Of a DNA stretch of 5,034 nucleotides, positions 1-5,034 are shown piece by piece. The DNA is taken from IMG/VR virus record IMGVR_UViG_2651869782_000006. One strand, written 5' to 3'. Position 1 is the stretch's first letter, and each line of letters begins with the position of its first letter. Source of the stretch: a virus (taxonomy: Duplodnaviria; Heunggongvirae; Uroviricota; Caudoviricetes). Position numbers and translations under genes: made by a program. The notes beneath the pieces are model-generated. The model was not told where the DNA came from and searched no databases. It saw only the letters and a list, made by a program, of their open reading frames with translations.

Positions 1-172
1 CTGTATTGCCACGTTTTTTTCGCGTCAGAATTATGGCGGGGCGTACGGGGCCGACTTCGGTCGGGCCGGGTTCTTGTGTAGCCGGTACTGCGAACCTCGT
101 ACGTCTCGCCACCCACAGTTTCGCAGCTCTGGATGGTGAGTTTTCACAACTTACTACACAAGGGGCCACACC

Positions 173-403
173 ATGGCAAACCGCAAACCACACCGCGCTA
201 TCGCGGAGCGTCGTCACATCCAGACTGAAATCAACCGCAGACTTTCCCGCGCATCACGCGTCGCGCAAATCATGCACATCAATATGTTGCATGAGCGCAG
301 CCACGCACTATCAAACATTTATTCCGCCTCTGTTTTCAGCTATCTGGCGGATGATCTGCACGAGCTTCAACAGCTCATCCAGCAGCAAAACAAACTCCAT
401 TAA
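173..403 (+). CDS. hypothetical small basic protein (76 aa), possibly a DNA-binding regulator; function not recognised
   Basis: ATG at 173 preceded by AAGGGG (160-165) at 7-nt spacing; TAA at 401-403. The translation has a basic N-terminus (RKPHRAIAERRH) and reads like a real, likely helical protein. It lies upstream of and in the same orientation as the replication gene. The overlapping ORF 6-479 in another frame is Ser/Cys-rich and looks spurious. No family recognised. Confidence 0.5.
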   Translation: MANRKPHRAIAERRHIQTEINRRLSRASRVAQIMHINMLHERSHALSNIYSASVFSYLADDLHELQQLIQQQNKLH

Positions 404-475
404 TTCCTGTTCCGGGCCTTTCCTGCACCTTGCGGCGGGAGGCCTTCACACATCTGTAACAAGAGGATTGCCGCA

Positions 476-841
476 ATGATTCTCGCCAACGACTTTCTTG
501 AATACCTGCTCAACACAGAACGTGATCTTGCCGCTCGCGTGCGTGATCGTTATGACATGTACCAGAAATCCCTGCCTGTACCGCAGCTCGCTGACGGAAA
601 GATTGTTATTGATGGTCGCTACATGATTGACAGCCACGAGGGAAATTGCAGGCTTTACCGCATTGAAGGTGGCACCCCGTCCGTTATTGGCATTTACCAG
701 CGCCCATCCTCTGCAATCGTCGATGTGATTGCCGACAGCATCCGCATCACACATCGCCATGCCGACACAGAAGACACCGTGCTGGAAATTCAGCGGCTGG
801 CTACAGTCTGCCGCGACACCCTGAATGGCATGACGAAGTAA
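476..841 (+). CDS. hypothetical protein (121 aa), function not recognised
   Basis: ATG at 476 preceded by AAGAGGA (461-467) at 8-nt spacing; TAA at 839-841, only 6 nt before the ATG of the replication gene, suggesting translational coupling. Balanced, non-repetitive composition. No family recognised. Confidence 0.55.
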   Translation: MILANDFLEYLLNTERDLAARVRDRYDMYQKSLPVPQLADGKIVIDGRYMIDSHEGNCRLYRIEGGTPSVIGIYQRPSSAIVDVIADSIRITHRHADTEDTVLEIQRLATVCRDTLNGMTK

Positions 842-847
842 ATCACT

Positions 848-3672
848 ATGACGGCAGAGTACATCAGGGACTGGCAACAACCGCGCCACGCAGTGGGGCG
901 TGAAGGAACGGGGATCCCCGCTCCTGAATCCACGCTTTCCTCCTGGCTGGATGCCTACCGGGTAGAGAACGAGCGCCGCCAAGAAATGGCTGATGCGGCG
1001 TTCTCCGCCACGCCGCTGGGCAACCTGATTAATAAAAGCCTGGACGCACAGGAAAAACAGGACAAAACCATCACACTGGCAGGAGACGCCAGAAAACAGG
1101 CACGCGGCGCGGTGGATGAAGCCATGGCCTCGCTGCGCCTGCTGCCGTCCTATCTGCGCGATCCGCTTATTCGCCACCTCTCCTTCCTGCGCAAAAAACA
1201 GGAAGCCGATCGCCAGAAAGGCAAAAAGAGCTGGCAGGCAGAACGCTACGCGCGCGGAACCCTGCGCAAAATATTCGAACGTCTGGACCACACCGATCAG
1301 CCGCTGGCTGACACCGGGTTATCGCGCCCTTGCCGGACGCGAACGCCTGGACGATTTGCTTTACCTGCCGCAGCTCAACAAACAACAGATACAGACGCTG
1401 GCCACCATGACGGCGGCGATGTTCAGCAGCACATTCGAAAAACTCTGCGATGGCCTTGGCGCCACAGATGGCGAACTGACCATGGAGGTAACGCTGAAGG
1501 CATATCAGATGCTGGCCCGCATGGCGTTACACCTGCACACCATGCCGCCACATTACGAAGCACTGACAACAGACAAAGACCGGAGGAACGAACCGGACAC
1601 GGAACTGCTACCGGGCGCAATCCTTCGCCTGACCTGTGCGGAATGGTGGAAACGCAAACTGTGGCTGTTACGTTGCGAGTGGAGAGAAGAACAACTCCGC
1701 GCCGCCTGTCTGGTTTCCAGAAAAACATCACCCTATCTGAGCCAGGACGCGTTAAGCGAGTTTCACGCACAGCGCGAGAAAACACGCGATTTCCTGAAAA
1801 GTTTCATGCTGGAAAACGAAGACGGGTTCACGATTGATCTCGAGACAGTGTATTACGCGGGAGTAAGTAACCCGGTCCACCGTAAAGCAGAAATGATGGC
1901 CACCATGAAGGGACTGGAACTTCTGGCCGAAGCCCGTGGCGACAAAGCGGTGTTTCTGACTGTCACCTGCCCGTCAAAATACCACGCCACAACAGAGAAC
2001 GGTCATCCGAATCCCAAATGGAACGGGGCCACCATGCGCGACTCCAGCGATTACCTGGTTAACACGTTTTTTGCGGCGGTCCGCAAAAAACTGAACCGCG
2101 ACGGTCTTCGCTGGTATGGCATCCGCACGGTGGAGCCTCACCATGACGGCACCGTGCACTGGCATATGATGGTCTTTGCACATCCGGAAGAAATCGAAAC
2201 CATCGTGTCCCATCACCCGCGATATTGCCATTCAGGAAGACCGCCACGAGCTGGGCAATGACATAACTCCGCGCTTTAAGGCGGAGTACGTAGACGGCTC
2301 AAAAGGCACACCAACCAGCTACATCGCCACCTACATCGGAAAGAACCTGGACAGCCGCGCCGTGGATGGCATCGACCCGAAAACGGGCAAGCCACGCGTT
2401 GACCACGAAACCGGAAAATCAATGGCAGAGAGCGTGGAACGCGCCATCGGCTGGGCGCGCCTTCACCGGGTCCGCCAGTTCCAGTTCTTTGGCATTCCCT
2501 CTCGTCAGGTATGGCGTGAACTCCGCCGCCTTGCCAGCCAGATGGCACGCAACCCGGAAGGCCCACAACGGCTGAAGGATGATGCAATGGATGCGGTACT
2601 CGCTGCCGCTGATGCCGGGTGTTTTGCCACCTACATTGAGAAACAGGGCGGCGTACTTGTTCCACGCAAAGACTACCTGATTCGCACCGCCTACGACCTC
2701 GCAGATGAGCTGAACGATTACGGCGAACAGAGCGTACAGATTTACGGGATCTGGTCACCACTCATCGGGGAGTCTTCCCGTGTGTGCACACATCCGGATA
2801 ACTGGAAGCTGGTAAGACGTAAACCGGAAGCGGAAGACAGCGCCCGCGAAAATGGTTTTGACCTTCAGGGCGGCCCTGCCGCCCCTTGGACTCGTGGCAA
2901 TAACTGTCCCCGTGTACAGGAAACAGACAACAACGGGACAGAACAGCCGGAAGAACGGCCAGCACCGTGGCCGCAGCTCCCTGACGGCGTTGAAGTGAAC
3001 GAATGGATGCGCTCACTGAAACGGCACGAACGCCGGGCGCTGATGCGTTCGCTGCGTGACAAACAGGCAAAAAACAGCAGTGATGAAATGCAGAACTGGA
3101 CACAGAGCCGCAAACAGCAACAGCCTTTGCCTGATAACCACGAATTACTCGCTAAAGAATGGCGGGAGTCTGCTGAATCTCTCGGCCTGCATATCGGTGA
3201 ACAGCAGATGCAGCACCTGTTACGGGGCGGCAGTCTGTACGTTGACGGCAGCATCATTGCACCGCAGGGATTTGAAATTGTACGCAAACCGGATACCCGA
3301 CCGGACAGCCGAATCACGCAGCTCTGGCAACGCCTGAGCCGTAACCACGGCGTAAGCAGCACGGAGATCCGCCATAACCCAGTCGCCAGCTATCTGGAAC
3401 AACTAGGGGCATCAGACCCCGAAGCCGCCGCACGCCTGGCATCCACACTTCAGCAAGACCAGAACACCATGAAAACACCCGTTACCGTACTTTCTGACAT
3501 GCTGCGCGCCATCCGCGACGCAGAGCACGAACAGAGAATCAGTGAAACAACTGAACGCGCCCGCCGCAAAGCAGACCTGCTGCGGGGTGACCTGACCAGT
3601 GGAAACAAAAAACAGACAGAAACGGGATTCACAAATCCCGTAAATGAGCAAAAAACGCGCCGCGAAATATGA
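848..3672 (+). pseudogene. A: rolling-circle replication initiation endonuclease, phage P2 gene A family (HUH superfamily), interrupted by two apparent single-base insertions (genuine pseudogene or homopolymer sequencing error)
   Basis: Three overlapping ORF-track segments in three frames read as one protein: 848 to about 1316 (frame of ORF 848..1837), about 1317 to about 2210 (frame of ORF 1116..2261), and about 2211 to 3672 (frame of ORF 2176..3672, TGA at 3670-3672). Outside these intervals each ORF translates to Cys/Arg-rich out-of-frame-looking sequence. An HUH-type motif, VHWHMMVF, is encoded at 2154-2177. A paired-tyrosine motif, SYIATYIGKN, has Tyr codons at 2320-2322 and 2332-2334, the YxxxY arrangement of phiX174 A / P2 A-type initiators. 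The composite would be about 940 aa. Confidence 0.75.
3606..3647. repeat. direct repeat copy 1 (42 bp) containing palindrome ACGGGATT-CACA-AATCCCGT (3622-3641); lies inside the 3' end of the replication gene
   Basis: Hand alignment of 3606-3647 against 3679-3720 gives 34/42 matches. Both 8-bp palindrome arms are identical between copies while the 4-nt spacer differs completely (CACA vs TCAG). Confidence 0.6.
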
Positions 3673-3678
3673 AGCGCG

Positions 3679-3720
3679 CACAAAACAGGCAAAAACGGGA
3701 TTTCAGAATCCCGTAAACGA
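3679..3720. repeat. direct repeat copy 2 (42 bp) containing palindrome ACGGGATT-TCAG-AATCCCGT (3695-3714); lies in the intergenic region upstream of parM
   Basis: Same alignment as copy 1; the copies are offset by 73 bp. Copy 2 ends 28 bp before the parM ATG. Confidence 0.6.
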
Positions 3721-3748
3721 TTAATTAATCAACATAAGGAAAAGCGAC

Positions 3749-4708
3749 ATGAAAATTTGTATCGACGACGGCTCCACCAACATCAAGCTGGCATGGACTG
3801 AGAACGGCGAACGCCGCAACGCCATCAGCCCGAACAGCTTCAAGTCGGAATGGTCTGCGCCGTTCGGTGGCACGCAGCCCGCGAACTACATGCTTGATAG
3901 CGTGCGCTATGGTTTTGATCCGGTCAGCGATCGCTTTGTCCAGACGACCGACACGCAATACCAGTACAGCGATGTGAATGTCATTGCCATTCATCACGCG
4001 CTGGTCAAATCAGGCATCACACCACAGGAAGTGGATGTGGTTGTCACCCTGCCACTGAGCGAATATTTCGACACAAACGCACAGCCGGACATGGCCAACA
4101 TCAACCGCAAAAAAGCAAACGTCATGCGCCCGGTGGAATACCAGAACGGAAAAGCATTCACTATCCGTAACGTACGGGTTATGCCTGAATCCATTCCGGC
4201 TGGCTTTAAAGCACTGGCTGACATGAGTCCGTTTGAATCCCTGCTGATTGTGGATTTAGGCGGAACCACGCTGGATGTGGCAAAGGTTCAGGGACAACTG
4301 GCAGGTATCAGCCAGGTGTTTTGCGATCCACACGTAGGCGTTTCCCTGATGGCCGATGCCGTACTGTCGGTGATGGCCACTAACGGTATGCGCACCAGTC
4401 ACCACATCGCCAATACCATTATCGAACATCGCCATGATGAAGCCTGGCTGCGCCAGCACATCCACAATGACGCGCATTACGCCAGCCTGATGGCGGTTAT
4501 TCGTGAAAAGGAAGAAACACTGAAACAACGCGTGATCCGCGCGCTGGCGGTTTTTTCGGGTTACGGGCGGGTGATGGTTGTCGGTGGCGGGGCGGAGATT
4601 GTGGCACCCGCTATCCGCGAAGCCTGCGGAGTTAATGCGACTTTCATCGCGGACGGAGTGCCACAATTTGCTCTGGTTAATGGGCTGTACGCAATGAACA
4701 AGGAGTAA
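3749..4708 (+). CDS. parM: ParM/StbA-family actin-like plasmid segregation ATPase (type II partition)
   Basis: ATG at 3749 with AAGGA (3736-3740) at 8-nt spacing; TAA at 4706-4708. Actin-fold signatures are present: N-terminal phosphate-1 motif IDDGSTNIKLAW, ISPNSFK, YSDVNVIAIHHAL, PESIPAG, phosphate-2 motif SLLIVDLGGTTLD, and adenosine motif VVGGGAEIV. By recollection it is collinear with plasmid R1 ParM along the full length at roughly 40-50% identity (not computed). Confidence 0.9.
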   Translation: MKICIDDGSTNIKLAWTENGERRNAISPNSFKSEWSAPFGGTQPANYMLDSVRYGFDPVSDRFVQTTDTQYQYSDVNVIAIHHALVKSGITPQEVDVVVTLPLSEYFDTNAQPDMANINRKKANVMRPVEYQNGKAFTIRNVRVMPESIPAGFKALADMSPFESLLIVDLGGTTLDVAKVQGQLAGISQVFCDPHVGVSLMADAVLSVMATNGMRTSHHIANTIIEHRHDEAWLRQHIHNDAHYASLMAVIREKEETLKQRVIRALAVFSGYGRVMVVGGGAEIVAPAIREACGVNATFIADGVPQFALVNGLYAMNKE

Positions 4709-4712
4709 ACCA

Positions 4713-5024
4713 ATGACGACACCAACCAGAAGAATAAGTTTCTATCTGAAGCCAGCTGCCGTCAAGAACGAAGGAGAAGCATGCGCCTGGCTGGACAGCC
4801 TTACACCAGAAGCCCGCAAAAGCGGCCAACGCGTGGCTTTTCTGGCCGGGCTGGCACTTCTGAAGACGAATCCGGCAGAGGCTTACCGACTGGCCGCATG
4901 GGCTGATGATGAGATGTTACCTGTGACACAAATCAGCTCAAAAAAGTTTGAAGCACAGTCTGCACCAGTGGCTAAGATAACCAGCCAGATGGCTGGGAAT
5001 ATCCGGGCGTTATTTCCTGAGTAA
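4713..5024 (+). CDS. parR: ParR/StbB-like centromere-binding adaptor protein (likely ribbon-helix-helix)
   Basis: ATG at 4713 with AAGGAG (4700-4705) at 7-nt spacing, 4 nt after the parM stop; TAA at 5022-5024. At 103 aa, and sitting immediately downstream of parM, it fits the parM-parR operon layout. The N-terminus (TRRISFYLKP ... LDSLTPEARKS ... AFLAGLAL) resembles the R1 ParR N-terminal DNA-binding region as I recall it. Confidence 0.65.
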   Translation: MTTPTRRISFYLKPAAVKNEGEACAWLDSLTPEARKSGQRVAFLAGLALLKTNPAEAYRLAAWADDEMLPVTQISSKKFEAQSAPVAKITSQMAGNIRALFPE

Positions 5025-5034
5025 AAGCATCTGC

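Larger units (their letters stand above)
3606..3748 (+). promoter_or_regulatory. candidate parC-like centromere / par operon promoter-operator region
   Basis: Type II partition loci carry the centromere and autoregulated promoter immediately upstream of parM (established for R1 parC). The region is AT-rich with four CAAAAA(A)C A-tracts (3606, 3649, 3681, 3690) and the two palindromes. No convincing sigma70 -35/-10 pair could be picked out by eye. Confidence 0.35.

Noticed and set aside
8-28. Run of seven T (14-20) that could be the tail of an intrinsic terminator
   Set aside because: Any preceding hairpin would lie before position 1 and cannot be seen. Only GCCACG precedes the T-run inside the window.
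412-444. Possible hairpin between the first two ORFs (GGCCT ... AGGCC)
   Set aside because: Only a 5-bp stem with a loop of about 20 nt and no T-run. Too weak to call a terminator or attenuator.
6-479. 157-aa + strand ORF starting with TTG
   Set aside because: Overlaps ORF 173-403 in another frame. The translation is Ser/Cys/Thr-rich and low-complexity, and there is no ribosome-binding site. The 76-aa ORF with a strong AAGGGG site is the better model.
446-1291. 281-aa ORF on the minus strand
   Set aside because: Entirely antisense to the well-supported + strand ORF 476-841 and the start of the replication gene. The translation is Cys/Arg/Gly-rich with no recognisable motif. Typical shadow ORF.
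1116-1313. N-terminal part of the ORF 1116..2261 as an independent start of the replication gene
   Set aside because: The translation before about 1314 (MKPWPRCACCRPICAIRLF...) looks out of frame, whereas the frame of ORF 848 reads as good protein through the same bases. A frame change at 1316-1318 explains both.
1167-2247. Minus-strand ORFs 1167..1385, 1423..1785, 1974..2231 and 2059..2247
   Set aside because: All antisense to the replication gene, Arg/Cys/Pro-rich, no ribosome-binding sites.
2276-3692. Minus-strand ORFs 2276..2761, 2762..3103, 2865..3362, 3220..3402, 3412..3681, 3450..3692, and + strand alternative-frame ORFs 2366..2575 and 3056..3337
   Set aside because: All nested within the replication gene in other frames or antisense, with low-complexity translations. 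No independent support.
3725-4666. Minus-strand ORFs 3725..3997, 3994..4269 and 4256..4666
   Set aside because: Antisense to parM, whose actin-fold motifs make the + strand frame unambiguous.
1-5034. CRISPR arrays, tRNA/rRNA genes, transposase or insertion-sequence inverted repeats, integrase, toxin-antitoxin or defence genes
   Set aside because: Looked for these, but found no regularly spaced repeats, no tRNA-like cloverleaf candidates, and no ORF with recognisable transposase, integrase or nuclease/ATPase defence signatures (no Walker A motif seen outside the actin-fold ParM).

Overview
All supported genes are on the + strand and read as one compact replication/maintenance module of a mobile element. 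In order: two small unrecognised ORFs (173-403, 476-841); a large HUH rolling-circle replication initiator of the phage P2 gene A type (848-3672), which in this sequence is broken by two single-base frame changes; and a type II actin-like partition cassette, parM (3749-4708) and parR (4713-5024). The junction between the replication gene and parM carries two ~42-bp direct repeats, each containing the palindrome ACGGGATT-N4-AATCCCGT, which is the best candidate for a centromere or operator. No rRNA, tRNA, CRISPR array, transposase, integrase or recognisable defence gene is visible. Family assignments rest on motifs read by eye (HUH, paired tyrosines, actin-fold phosphate motifs) and on remembered similarity to plasmid R1 ParM/ParR; no database search or alignment was run. 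Minus-strand ORFs in the track look like antisense shadows of the + strand genes. Whether the host element is a plasmid, a phage-plasmid or an integrated prophage remnant cannot be decided from this window.
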